From a virus: a DNA stretch of 64,000 nt. Position numbers and translations under genes: made by a program. The DNA lies in the IMG/VR virus record IMGVR_UViG_3300024346_000041, positions 11,405 to 75,404 of that record; one strand, 5' to 3'. The notes under the pieces are model-generated. The model was not told the DNA's origin. It worked only from the letters and a program-made list of their open reading frames with translations, and made no database searches. Shown in pieces: positions 28,808-38,944 of the stretch. Numbering within the stretch: the stretch's first letter is position 1; each line of letters starts with the position of its first letter.

Positions 28808-29551
28808 ATGACAGAAGAAGTTAAGAAGAAAAAATTACAAGAAAAAGGACCTAAGGTATGGGTAATTGTTTTAGGTTATAAGAACATGCCTTCTTGGAGA
28901 AATATTGGCGGAGTAGAACCTTATTTTGAAGACACGATATATTGCCCTACTATTACAAGTGTATCAAAGAAGGTTATAGACAGCATGGCTTATGCGTCTG
29001 GCGGTGACCCTGAGCTCATGAACTTTTTGCTTAAAGACGACTCTCCTGAGTTTAGAAAAATGCTAGCTATATTGATGAGTAATAAATATGCAGTTTTTAA
29101 GTATTCAGATAAGTTTGATACTACTATCACTTTAACTTTAGAGCACATGGAGTGTGTTTATATACAGCCAACCGCTGTTTCAGGTTACCCATCAGTAGTT
29201 GCTGCATCTAATTTCATAGAAGTAACTGCTATTAATGCTTTTATTACAGATGGTGATGTATTTTTAGAAAATGAAAAATTGTTTTTAAATGAAGAACCTT
29301 ACTATGAGGAGTACGAGTTAACTTACTTAAAAATAGACTCCATAGTAGGCATAGCTGATGACTACAATCTTGCAAAAAAGTTTAAAGTAAAGTTTGGTTC
29401 AGACAGTTGTAAACTTGGAAGCACTATCTACACTAATATTCCTAAGTTAAGGTATCTTAGAGTATTAGAGCCTTCGGCTGTTGTCCTAGCTAGGATGAGA
29501 GCTGTCGAATTTGAGAAGCAAGACATGCTAGCTCTTGAAGGCGTAAAGTAA
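28808..29551 (+). CDS. hypothetical protein
   Basis: ORF in the replication operon. Confidence 0.65.
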   Translation: MTEEVKKKKLQEKGPKVWVIVLGYKNMPSWRNIGGVEPYFEDTIYCPTITSVSKKVIDSMAYASGGDPELMNFLLKDDSPEFRKMLAILMSNKYAVFKYSDKFDTTITLTLEHMECVYIQPTAVSGYPSVVAASNFIEVTAINAFITDGDVFLENEKLFLNEEPYYEEYELTYLKIDSIVGIADDYNLAKKFKVKFGSDSCKLGSTIYTNIPKLRYLRVLEPSAVVLARMRAVEFEKQDMLALEGVK

Positions 29552-30249
29552 TGGAGTCTATTGGAACTTTAGCTCTTGAAGCAAGACGTCTTTATTGCAT
29601 GTTTATGCGTGACTACCTCCTAAAGACTAAGGGGGTCGTGTCTAACTACGGTTCCAGAGTAATACCTAATTACGATGGAACCTCTGTTTTAAGACCTAGG
29701 CCAGGAGAGGCTATACTTCATAAATATGGTAAAGACTACAAGCCTGTCTGGCCTTTAATAGCTAAATGTTCAATTGATAACAAAGTTTCATTGATAGAAC
29801 TAATAAGAACTCAATTTGATACTTCTATGGGAGGGCCGCCTGCAGCTAGCGCATGTTACACAGAGAGGGCAGTGTCGATAACCAACTCTAGCAGAGAAGC
29901 TGAAAGACAAGAGACTCATAATTTAATAATGTCTTATAAGAAGATTGTTGAGGTTAACCTTGTAAACTCTATGCACCTTATAAAGAACTCTCGTTCTTTT
30001 TTGGACGTCATAGTGAGTAGCGATGTGTCTTGTTTCTTCAAAGTAAACTCTATGATGTTTATGGATGAGTCAGTAGACATACCCTCTAGCATGGTAAGCA
30101 CAGCTATTAAAGATTATTTAATGAGAGTCGATGTCTATGGGACAGTTATACCAGACATTATACATAAATTGTTTATAAACAAAGCTCTTTCAGCTTTAAA
30201 TCAGGAGAGGTCTAAGCTTCTAATTAATACCAAAAGCATAGTTTTGTAA
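29551..30249 (+). CDS. hypothetical protein
   Basis: TAATG coupling; directly upstream of the helicase. Confidence 0.65.
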   Translation: MESIGTLALEARRLYCMFMRDYLLKTKGVVSNYGSRVIPNYDGTSVLRPRPGEAILHKYGKDYKPVWPLIAKCSIDNKVSLIELIRTQFDTSMGGPPAASACYTERAVSITNSSREAERQETHNLIMSYKKIVEVNLVNSMHLIKNSRSFLDVIVSSDVSCFFKVNSMMFMDESVDIPSSMVSTAIKDYLMRVDVYGTVIPDIIHKLFINKALSALNQERSKLLINTKSIVL

Positions 30250-30261
30250 CACGGAGGTCAT

Positions 30262-31920
30262 ATGCATGATAAATCTGAAAGTTTAGTGGACACCACTATA
30301 GAGACGGTCTACAGGCTTGATTCAACTACAGTAGACTTTATGGTAAAGCATCTTATAGCTGATCGTCTGCTTATACTTGAGTCATTAGAGTATTTTAACA
30401 CAGGATACTTTAGTCATGATGAGCGGGCTTACAGAGTTATCGTTAACGGTATTAAGCTTTACATGAAGACGGTTTACAAAGACCTAACGCTTACAGCTGA
30501 AATATTTAAAACTATAACTATAGATGATGACGAGCTTAGAGGAGGCACTCATGAATCAGCTCAACTTAAGCAGTCTGTGTTTCAAATAATAGACGAGGCT
30601 TTCTTAGTTCCTAAGGACAACATAGAAGCTAACCGTCATATATGTAGAGAGGTTATTCAAAGGTTTTTAACTGAGAGAGGCGTACACGATAAGCTGTATA
30701 GTCACTTTAGTAAGACATCATCTGTTCAATCGGTGTCTAAAGACCCTTCCATATTGTTAGGTCATTTTAGCAAAATATACAACAACTTTAAAGGAGCTGG
30801 CTCATCAGCAATGTGTGAGTCTATTCCAGATGTTTGGAAACCTAACATAGCTATAGGAGCTCCAATGGGACTACCTTACTTTGACAAGTTTATGACAGGA
30901 GGGGTTGCAGCTGGAGATATTTACGGTCTTCTTGCTGGTACAGGTGCAGGTAAGACTTGGATGGGTATAAACATTATAGCCAACCATTGTTTTACTGAGC
31001 GAGCTAGAGAGATTCTATGTTTAGCTGAAGGAAGGCCTTATAAGCGTAAAGTAGGAGTTTATGCTAACTACGAAGGTAACATAGATTCTATAAGACTTAG
31101 ACTTGCTGCAACTGTGTCTAAAACCCCATTAAATACTATTAAGGCTCACGTTATTAATGGAGCTCTTCTTTCAACTAGTGGCAACCTTAAAGATTATGAG
31201 CTAAAAAGATACTCAGGAGTTATAGAAGAGGTTCTTAGGATTTCAGAGTCAGATAGGTTTAGGGATACGAAATCCTTAGTTAACACGTATGTTCAACTTC
31301 TTGACATGAGTGGCTCTGGAGGTACTAAGCTTGGACATGGTTATACCTCTGAGCTTACAGCTCAAGTTGACAAGCTAGTTAACTTTAAGAACGTTGAGAT
31401 AGCCTTGATGGTTGTCGACTACGTTAAGCTTATTGTTGACAGGCATATATCAGCTAAGGGTATAAAAGTTGAGAATATGCGCCACTACATACGAAAGCTT
31501 GCTGAGGATGTATCAGTCAATATAGGTCTTAGCTATAACTGCTGCGTTTGGCTTCTGCATCAGCTTAGTGGAGAAGCTAATAGTATTAAAGCTCATAAGC
31601 CTCTTCATCACTCTATGGCTAGTGAGTGTAAAGATTTTGCTGAGAACTGTCATAGAATGTTCTGCCTTGGGCAGAAGGATTTAAACAGCGGATGTCAAAG
31701 ACTTGACGCCACTAAATATAGGGAGGATGAACACACTTCTAAGAATTGTGCAGTTATAAAGTTTGAAGCTGATTCATGTACTTACTCTTTAAACAACGAA
31801 TGGGTAATAGATGAGCAGGCAGGTTTTATAAGGGCTTCATTCTCAGGCAGTTCTATGGATGTCCCAACAAGCCGAAGTTACAAAGCAGCTTCTAATGATT
31901 ACTCTGACAGGGATTCCTAG
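30262..31920 (+). CDS. replicative DnaB-like (SF4) helicase
   Basis: AGTGAGKT, MVVDYV, LHQL; adjacent to primase. Confidence 0.8.
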   Translation: MHDKSESLVDTTIETVYRLDSTTVDFMVKHLIADRLLILESLEYFNTGYFSHDERAYRVIVNGIKLYMKTVYKDLTLTAEIFKTITIDDDELRGGTHESAQLKQSVFQIIDEAFLVPKDNIEANRHICREVIQRFLTERGVHDKLYSHFSKTSSVQSVSKDPSILLGHFSKIYNNFKGAGSSAMCESIPDVWKPNIAIGAPMGLPYFDKFMTGGVAAGDIYGLLAGTGAGKTWMGINIIANHCFTERAREILCLAEGRPYKRKVGVYANYEGNIDSIRLRLAATVSKTPLNTIKAHVINGALLSTSGNLKDYELKRYSGVIEEVLRISESDRFRDTKSLVNTYVQLLDMSGSGGTKLGHGYTSELTAQVDKLVNFKNVEIALMVVDYVKLIVDRHISAKGIKVENMRHYIRKLAEDVSVNIGLSYNCCVWLLHQLSGEANSIKAHKPLHHSMASECKDFAENCHRMFCLGQKDLNSGCQRLDATKYREDEHTSKNCAVIKFEADSCTYSLNNEWVIDEQAGFIRASFSGSSMDVPTSRSYKAASNDYSDRDS

Positions 31921-31931
31921 AAAGGAAAGCC

Positions 31932-32990
31932 ATGAGCACTTCGACTAGTTACGATGATGTATTGTGCCCTGAACTATACTTTAAGCTTAAGAAGTTGTTT
32001 GGTCAGGTCTATGTTAATAATAGAGGGGTCGGCATGGTGATGCGCCCCTCATCTAATGGAGAGAGGCCTACCTCTATAGTAAATGGAGAATATTACAGGG
32101 TCTGCTGCCCTTTTTGTAAAGAGACAAGACATAGGTTGTACATAAACCATAGATGGTTTGAATATAGGCATATGGCAAACTGTTTTAACGAGACAGCATG
32201 TACTAGAGGCGAGTTAGGTAAGCTTAACCTAGACCAGCTTCACATGTGGCTTTTTAACACGTCTTCTAAGATAACTCTTTCAGTAGTTGATAAGCCTATG
32301 TCTTCTGAAGCATTGATTTCACTTACTGAGTGCAGAGCTCCTGAAAGGCTTACAAGTCTATCGGCTCTTAGTAAGGACCACGAAGCCGTAAAGTATGTTG
32401 AGTCTAGAGGGTACAATCCAGTCGTGCTTGATAAGTACTTAGGCGTAGGCTGGATAGACGATATGGCGATTCCAACTCTTAAGGAACGTTTGTACATACC
32501 TATATTTCAAGGCTCAAAGCTAATGGGTTATCAAGCAAGAATAATTTACGATGACCCATTGAAAAAGAAGCAGAAGTATATAAACCCAGTCGGAATGAAG
32601 AAGTCTATGCTTCTTTATAACATAGACAATGCAAAGCTACAGCCAATGATAGTAGTCTGCGAAGGTCCTATAGATGTTTGGTCTGTAGGTCCAGCAGGTG
32701 TCGCTATTTTTGGAAGTGATTGCAGCTCTGGGCAGCTTGCTTTGATAGGGCAGAATTTTAATGGCAAGCCCATAGCTATAGCTTTGGATGGAGACGTAGC
32801 TTACAAAGCTGAGTCTTTAGTTGACAAGCTTCAGCAGGCAGCTCCAAGGTCTAAGATTATAAGAGTTAATATGGCTAAGGATGAAGACCCTGGTTCTTTA
32901 AAGATGGAGTTGTGGAGACGTCTCCAATCTCAGTTTCAAGACATAGGAGAAGCGATGCCAGAAGTATCAAAGGAGTGGCCTAATGATTGA
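31932..32990 (+). CDS. DNA primase
   Basis: CPFC Zn motif, YVESRG, GYQAR, TOPRIM CEGPID and ALDGD, EDPG. Confidence 0.85.
   Translation: MSTSTSYDDVLCPELYFKLKKLFGQVYVNNRGVGMVMRPSSNGERPTSIVNGEYYRVCCPFCKETRHRLYINHRWFEYRHMANCFNETACTRGELGKLNLDQLHMWLFNTSSKITLSVVDKPMSSEALISLTECRAPERLTSLSALSKDHEAVKYVESRGYNPVVLDKYLGVGWIDDMAIPTLKERLYIPIFQGSKLMGYQARIIYDDPLKKKQKYINPVGMKKSMLLYNIDNAKLQPMIVVCEGPIDVWSVGPAGVAIFGSDCSSGQLALIGQNFNGKPIAIALDGDVAYKAESLVDKLQQAAPRSKIIRVNMAKDEDPGSLKMELWRRLQSQFQDIGEAMPEVSKEWPND
32913..32926. repeat. dispersed palindrome core
   Basis: Inside primase, read as WRRLQ. Confidence 0.95.
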
Positions 32991-35900
32991 TTTAATAAAA
33001 GACTTTAAAAGCATATGCACTTATAGAAACTTTCTTTTGCTACAGGAGGGGACAGGTCCTTTAATAAACTACCCTTTTATATTTCCTTCTAAGAATAAGC
33101 ATATAGTAGCAAAGCCAGGGCCTGACTTTTATCAGTGTGCTGATAAGTTAGCAGGCCCTGAGTATCCGGAAGCAGTAGATTTCTACTCTGACTTTCTTTA
33201 CTTTAGGGCTTTGTACTGCCAAAACTTTAGTCTTCCAGTTTTGTTTAATGGAAACATATTAAACGTAAACATGGTTCCTGGTAGCGGTTGGATGGACAAC
33301 TGCAGGCCTGGTCCTTTTAGGAAGTTTAAATGCATGGTAGTTGGTAAGTGTGCTTCCAACTTAGACGTAGCTCATGGAAAGATAGTTTTAGGTAATAATA
33401 AGAGTCAGTTATACAGTCACCTTTCAAATATTAAAGGGCTATCTGCTGCAGATTTTTATATGACTTGTTCTGTAAAACATACGCTGCTTGATCCTGCTAG
33501 CAATGCTCTTAAAGCAAATTGGATACATAACTGTGCTCCGCTGCTAAAGATAGAGATGGCATTGGTTAAGCCTGACTTCATGCTTCTACTTGGTGACGAG
33601 GCTATCAAGGCTGTCCTTGGTAGAGACAAGCGCTTACATACATCTACTGGTAAAGTGTTTGAAGTTAACATTCCTTTGCCTGATGGATCTTTTCACACAG
33701 CAAAGGCTATAACCTGCGTTAACCCAGCTTACGTTCTTAGATACCCTGAGCATAGTGATAGATTTGAAGCTTCTTTGAACCACTTCTCTGCGTTATGCAA
33801 TGACGTAGAGTTCTTGTCTAAAGAAACTAATATAAATCACTTTGCCGTTAGAACTAGCGAAGAGCTTTTAAAAGTTAGAGACGAGATACTTAAAGATACT
33901 GCACCAGTAGTAGCGGTTGACCTTGAGTGGAATGGTGCATGGCCTGGAGATAAGAACTCTTACGTTAGGACAGTGCAGCTATCTTGGAAGTCTGGAGTTG
34001 CTTGCAGTATAATCGTAAATCAGGCTGGAGGAGGCTTTGTATTTGACGGAGGCCCTGACGCTTTAAGCTCTATACTAAACTCAATATTCTATCCAGAAGA
34101 TGGAAGGCACATCAGAGTTGTAGGTCATTACCTTACTTCTGACTTGCCTTGGCTCAAGTCTATAGGTGTTGATCTTTCAAGCTTATTTGTAGCTCCAGAG
34201 GACGACCCCGTAAGCATGTACGGTCCTGACTATAAGTTTGGTTTTGAAAAGACTAAAGACTTTGGCGGTTTTGATACACTTCTAGCTGCTCACTCTGTAA
34301 ATGAGACTGACTACTTTAATTTAGAGGAGCAGGCTGTAAGGTACTGCGGAGTACCGAGATGGGAAGGGCCTATTCTTGATTGGCGTAAGTCTCACTGTAG
34401 GGCTAAGGGTATAAAAGATTCAGAGCTGGAAGGATACGGAGACTGCCCTGATGATGTCATTATACCTTATGGTTGTTATGACGCAGATGTTACAAGAAGG
34501 CTCTTTGACTACTACAACGGCCATGGCAGTGTTAAGGGTAAGCTTGACGCTGATAAGTACGGTAATAACTGTAGGCCTGCTTTTTGGCTGTCTTCAAGAG
34601 CGTATCCTGCGTTCATAGAGATGCACGAAAAAGGAATATTAATAGATAAAGCAAGAGTGTTAGAGCTTACTGACTCTTACAACCTTCTTTATGAAAACTT
34701 GATGGTTAAGATAAGAGCCGTCATACATTGGCCCGACTATAATCCATCAAGTACATTTCATAACAGAGAGCTTCTTTTTGGTGAGGAGCTATCTGGTAAG
34801 AGGGACATAAACGGCGGGTTCATAAAACAAAGACCTGACGATGCTATGACTCTTTCTTTAACACCTTATAAGAGTACTGGTACAGGATCTAAAGGTAAAC
34901 TGTGGGCTGACCTTATAACCAAAAGGGAAGAGCACATGTATACCGCTGCCGTAGACAAGGAGACTCTTACCATATTGGCAGAAAAGCACCCAGTAGTGGC
35001 TATGCTTAGAGACATAAGGTCGCTTCATTACTTACGGACTACTGTTCTTAGAGGTCCAGACTTTGATGACGCAGGTAATGAGAAGACTGATTCTGAAGGT
35101 GACATAGTTTATGACAAGGGCATTCTCTCGTACATGAATGCTGACGACAGAGTTAGATCTATGTTTAGCCAGACTAAAGAAACAGGCCGTGCTTCTTCAT
35201 CTAGGCCAAATATGCAGAACCTCGGAAAGACTATAGAAGAAAAGTACAAAGGTATATTTAAGCTGCATGGTAAAGACCTTGGAATGAACTATACGTATCC
35301 TCTCAGGTCTGTGATAAGTGCAAGGCCTGGAACTGTACTGGTAGAGGCTGACTATACTGGCGCTGAACTGGCAATCATGGCTTGGCAGTCTGGTGATAAG
35401 AACATGATTGACCATGTTCGTAGAGCTAACCTTCCAGAGGATCACCCAGACCACTACGACATCCATAGTAATGTGGCTGTAAATACATTTAGGTTGAATT
35501 GCCCAGCTACCAAGAAAGGACTCAAGGATATAGGTAAGTCAGGTATTAGAACAGCTGCTAAAGCTGTGGTATTTGGTTACGCCTATGGTCAGGGGGCTGA
35601 CTCTACCGCTAGAAAAGCTAAGCAAGAGGGTGTCATAATATCTGTAAGAGAAGCTCAAGAGCTTATAGATGGTTTGGTTGCAATGTACCCTAAGCTTCCT
35701 TTGTACTTCAATGAGTGCAAGTCTAGAGTCAAACACCCAGGCTGGATGAGCAATGCTTTTGGAAGATACAGGAGATTTTCTCCTAGTGAAGATAGGCTTG
35801 TCGTGGCTGAGTATGAACGACAAAGCATGAATTTTCCAATCCAATCTGCGGTAGCTGACGCTATGTCATGCGCCCTAGATCACATATACAGCTACAGAAG

Positions 35901-36189
35901 CGCTGCACCAGTAGGCATGACCTACGACATAATACTTCAGGTTCACGATGCCGTGATTCTTGAGGTTCCATATGCTTGTGTAGAGTGGGTAGTTGATACT
36001 GTCTTGCCGGTCTGTATGAGTGACAAGGTTGAAATTAGATCTTGTAATTTAGACGGAACGATGAGGAGCGGTAGTAACGGTCCTTTTCATCTAGGTATAG
36101 CAACGGAGGTATTCACTAAGTGGTCGATACCGCTTACCAAAGAGGACTGTAAAGTTATGGGCATACCTGAGAGGTTTGCCCAGCATTAG
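32983..36189 (+). CDS. polA: family A DNA polymerase with N-terminal uracil-DNA-glycosylase-like domain and 3'-5' exonuclease
   Basis: UDG-like LVKPDFMLLLG and NPAYVLRYP; exonuclease AVDLE and YDAD; TGRASS, ADYTGAEL, RTAAKAVVFGYAYG, QVHDA. Confidence 0.92.
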   Translation: MIDLIKDFKSICTYRNFLLLQEGTGPLINYPFIFPSKNKHIVAKPGPDFYQCADKLAGPEYPEAVDFYSDFLYFRALYCQNFSLPVLFNGNILNVNMVPGSGWMDNCRPGPFRKFKCMVVGKCASNLDVAHGKIVLGNNKSQLYSHLSNIKGLSAADFYMTCSVKHTLLDPASNALKANWIHNCAPLLKIEMALVKPDFMLLLGDEAIKAVLGRDKRLHTSTGKVFEVNIPLPDGSFHTAKAITCVNPAYVLRYPEHSDRFEASLNHFSALCNDVEFLSKETNINHFAVRTSEELLKVRDEILKDTAPVVAVDLEWNGAWPGDKNSYVRTVQLSWKSGVACSIIVNQAGGGFVFDGGPDALSSILNSIFYPEDGRHIRVVGHYLTSDLPWLKSIGVDLSSLFVAPEDDPVSMYGPDYKFGFEKTKDFGGFDTLLAAHSVNETDYFNLEEQAVRYCGVPRWEGPILDWRKSHCRAKGIKDSELEGYGDCPDDVIIPYGCYDADVTRRLFDYYNGHGSVKGKLDADKYGNNCRPAFWLSSRAYPAFIEMHEKGILIDKARVLELTDSYNLLYENLMVKIRAVIHWPDYNPSSTFHNRELLFGEELSGKRDINGGFIKQRPDDAMTLSLTPYKSTGTGSKGKLWADLITKREEHMYTAAVDKETLTILAEKHPVVAMLRDIRSLHYLRTTVLRGPDFDDAGNEKTDSEGDIVYDKGILSYMNADDRVRSMFSQTKETGRASSSRPNMQNLGKTIEEKYKGIFKLHGKDLGMNYTYPLRSVISARPGTVLVEADYTGAELAIMAWQSGDKNMIDHVRRANLPEDHPDHYDIHSNVAVNTFRLNCPATKKGLKDIGKSGIRTAAKAVVFGYAYGQGADSTARKAKQEGVIISVREAQELIDGLVAMYPKLPLYFNECKSRVKHPGWMSNAFGRYRRFSPSEDRLVVAEYERQSMNFPIQSAVADAMSCALDHIYSYRSAAPVGMTYDIILQVHDAVILEVPYACVEWVVDTVLPVCMSDKVEIRSCNLDGTMRSGSNGPFHLGIATEVFTKWSIPLTKEDCKVMGIPERFAQH

Positions 36190-36198
36190 GAGGATGAC

Positions 36199-36738
36199 AT
36201 GTACGAGTTGAATAAGAGAGATAAAGCTGCAATTAGAGCTGCTGAACTACTAGGTCCACATAGTGCAGCAGCTGTAAGGGAAATGCTTATAAAAGAAGGA
36301 AACGCTAGACTTAAGATGGATAGGCGTATGGAGATGCTAATGTCAGGTTCTCAAGCTGCGGAGGATATGATCTTAGCAGAAGATGCTATGGAAGAGGATG
36401 CCATGGAAAAAGACAAAAGAACTTTAAAAGAAAAAAGAAAATGGGCCGACGATGAAGACCCTATTCACCAATGTTGCGTATGTAACAAGTCATTGCCACA
36501 GCATCATTGGCAACTACCAAATACTGGTACGGACCACGGCGAGGAGTGTTATTTCTGCGACATGCCTACGTGTCTAGAGTGCATAGACCATGATGCACCG
36601 CATGCTATAGGAAATGATGAATTAGAGGGGGAGACAGTATGCAAGTCTTGCTGCGAGAAACAAGTTAAACTACGTGATGGTAAAGACCAAGACGATGAAG
36701 ACGATTCTATAGCTGAGGCGGAAGACCACCCAAGCTAG
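36199..36738 (+). CDS. Cys-rich Zn-finger protein
   Basis: Several CxxC pairs; AGGAGG RBS. Confidence 0.65.
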   Translation: MYELNKRDKAAIRAAELLGPHSAAAVREMLIKEGNARLKMDRRMEMLMSGSQAAEDMILAEDAMEEDAMEKDKRTLKEKRKWADDEDPIHQCCVCNKSLPQHHWQLPNTGTDHGEECYFCDMPTCLECIDHDAPHAIGNDELEGETVCKSCCEKQVKLRDGKDQDDEDDSIAEAEDHPS

Positions 36739-36813
36739 TGTTAACCTAAGCTGTATAACCTATGATCCCAAAATATCTTTTGGGATTATACTTTTATTAA
36801 AAAGGATGACAAC

Positions 36814-37326
36814 ATGGCAGCAATTGACGTGTGGTACACGATAGAAGATAAAAACTTATATAAGACTGAAGAAAATGATGGAGCTCGTTATGTGCGTAAA
36901 GGAGCAGAACGCACAAAAACTCTTCTATGCACAGTTGAACAGGCTGCAGGACATTACCCACGTGAGCTTGCTAAAGCATACCCAGTAAAGTCCATGACTG
37001 ACGAACAGAAGGATAGAGCGGTAGTTGAACAGCCTAAGATGGATGTTAGACCTGCTCTTCGGTCTAGTGATAATACAGAGTGCTCGTGTTGTAAAGACGT
37101 TATAACCCATGCCAGAGTATTGAGCACGGCTCGTTACCCTATTTTATGCCTCATATGCTACCGCGAGTTACACCTAGGCAAGATTGTAAATCAAAACATA
37201 TCGTTCTTTGGGGGTAGGTTAGACTACAACTTTGAAAAGCATGAGAACGAAATGAGCGGACTCCAATCTAACGCTATAAGAGCTATGGAAGGACCTGATG
37301 GTATTTTTGATGACATTTTTATTTAA
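36814..37326 (+). CDS. hypothetical protein with Zn ribbon
   Basis: CSCC...CLIC. Confidence 0.6.
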   Translation: MAAIDVWYTIEDKNLYKTEENDGARYVRKGAERTKTLLCTVEQAAGHYPRELAKAYPVKSMTDEQKDRAVVEQPKMDVRPALRSSDNTECSCCKDVITHARVLSTARYPILCLICYRELHLGKIVNQNISFFGGRLDYNFEKHENEMSGLQSNAIRAMEGPDGIFDDIFI

Positions 37327-37341
37327 TCAAAAGGAGATTAA

Positions 37342-37818
37342 ATGAGCTGTAACTTAATAGAACTTACAGAGGCATTAAGCAACCTGTCTATACTAATAAA
37401 TGTAGACCATATTGTAAGCGTAAGCTCGGTTAGATGCGTAGAAATGCGAACTAGATACGTTAGGCGTCCATCGTCTAGAGTTGCTTGCTCTCAAGGTGTC
37501 AGCTTTGATGTATTGGAAAGCGTAAAGGACATTTATCATAAATATTTACAAATTAATAAAAGCGACGAGGCTTATAAGTCAATAGTTAGTCAGGACCATA
37601 TTCTAAACAAGCCAATATTTCCTACGTTAAAACTTAATACTAGAACTGTTAGATCTATTTTGCATGAATTTAAGGGTACAACTCTTTCAGAGTTTATACA
37701 GTTATCTGCTGTAGACATTCTTGATTGGAGAAACGTGGGTGTAATTTCTCTTGCGCAGCTTCGTGCTGAGCTAAAGAGAGTAGGCCTAAGCCTTAAGGGA
37801 GATGAATGTGTTTCATAA
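37342..37818 (+). CDS. FlbD-like N-terminus fused to an RNAP alpha-CTD-like domain
   Basis: ILINVDHIVSV; LKLNTRTVRSI...DILDWRNVGVISLAQLRAELKRVGLSL. Confidence 0.7.
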   Translation: MSCNLIELTEALSNLSILINVDHIVSVSSVRCVEMRTRYVRRPSSRVACSQGVSFDVLESVKDIYHKYLQINKSDEAYKSIVSQDHILNKPIFPTLKLNTRTVRSILHEFKGTTLSEFIQLSAVDILDWRNVGVISLAQLRAELKRVGLSLKGDECVS

Positions 37819-37848
37819 ATTTAACTTAAACGTGAAAGGGTTATAGCC

Positions 37849-38295
37849 ATGGGCGTATGTAAATTTAAAGTTAGCGAAGTGTTAAGGTGTGTAGTTCACG
37901 CTGTAAAGAACACTCCAGACGACGGGTTCTCTGTTCCGTCAGTACTATTAGTGCACGATAGCGGCGTGTACATTATGAGCAATGCTAGCCCTGCTGATTT
38001 AGAAGGACCAAAATCATACGTAGCCTATGCTGAAGGCTGCAATCCTAGTAAAGACAGTGACTACTATCAAACTGCTAGAAGCTTGGTAGGCGGAGATGAC
38101 TTTGGAGAGGTTATAAAGCTTGATGAATCAACTATATCTAATTTTGCATCATATAAAGATCTATCCGTGTTAGTTACTGATAGTAATATAGAATTTACTT
38201 TTTCAAATCCAAATAGCAAGAAACCGACTGAGCCTTTGGCTGAACTGTGCTCATCTCTTGAGACAGCACTTAAGAACGCTAATTACATTGAGTAA
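37849..38295 (+). CDS. DUF3085-like protein
   Basis: LLVHDSGVYIMSN, AYAEGCNP, GGDDFGE. Confidence 0.75.
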   Translation: MGVCKFKVSEVLRCVVHAVKNTPDDGFSVPSVLLVHDSGVYIMSNASPADLEGPKSYVAYAEGCNPSKDSDYYQTARSLVGGDDFGEVIKLDESTISNFASYKDLSVLVTDSNIEFTFSNPNSKKPTEPLAELCSSLETALKNANYIE

Positions 38296-38309
38296 CTAAA
38301 GGAGTAAAA

Positions 38310-38507
38310 ATGGAATATCAAGTGATAGTTTCCGACAATGCTTACGAGCTTACAAAGGAAATAAAAGATCTTATCAGTAATGGATGGGAGATTAGAGGAT
38401 CTCATCAGGTAGCTCTTCGTAGAGTTCAAAATAGGTTCTCTGGAGAGCGGCATATGGATAGTTTGAATCAGCTTGAGTACTCTCAAACTATGATTAAAAA
38501 GGAATAA
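38310..38507 (+). CDS. DUF1737-like small protein
   Basis: YQVI...LISNGWEIRGS...YSQTMIK. Confidence 0.6.
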   Translation: MEYQVIVSDNAYELTKEIKDLISNGWEIRGSHQVALRRVQNRFSGERHMDSLNQLEYSQTMIKKE

Positions 38508-38512
38508 TAATT

Positions 38513-38944
38513 ATGGCAGAGCCTCTAGTTCACTCGCTTAGCTCGGCTAGGCAGTTTGGCGGTAAGCCTGAAGATTATATAGCAATCCACGAGAAGATGG
38601 ATTGCAGTAAGAAGTACTGCGGAGATAACCGACATAGAGCACTTACACATAGCCACTTTTGGATATACGAAGTAATGGAGCCCATTTTCGGAAAGACAAT
38701 TACAAACAGCGACGGAAAGATAGTCAGCATATATAGAATATGTGAACAGCATATCAATGAGGACTTTAAGTTTAAGTTCTTTCCAAACGTGATGGATTAT
38801 CTTTCTGAGATGAATCTCACTCCTTGGATGAATAATGCTATGGGGCCAGCCCCTAGAACTAAGACATACTTGGCCGATTCTGAATCTGAACTTAGAAAAG
38901 TAACTAGAACAATTAACCTGCAATCAATTGGAGAAACAAAATGA
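38513..38944 (+). CDS. DUF6915-like protein
   Basis: HSLSSARQFGGKPEDY.AIH..MD, RHRALTH, EQHINED. Confidence 0.75.
   Translation: MAEPLVHSLSSARQFGGKPEDYIAIHEKMDCSKKYCGDNRHRALTHSHFWIYEVMEPIFGKTITNSDGKIVSIYRICEQHINEDFKFKFFPNVMDYLSEMNLTPWMNNAMGPAPRTKTYLADSESELRKVTRTINLQSIGETK

Noticed and set aside
32983-36189. Intein or intron in the 1068-aa polymerase
   Set aside because: The extra length is explained by the UDG-like domain; no C...HN splice motifs or LAGLIDADG blocks seen
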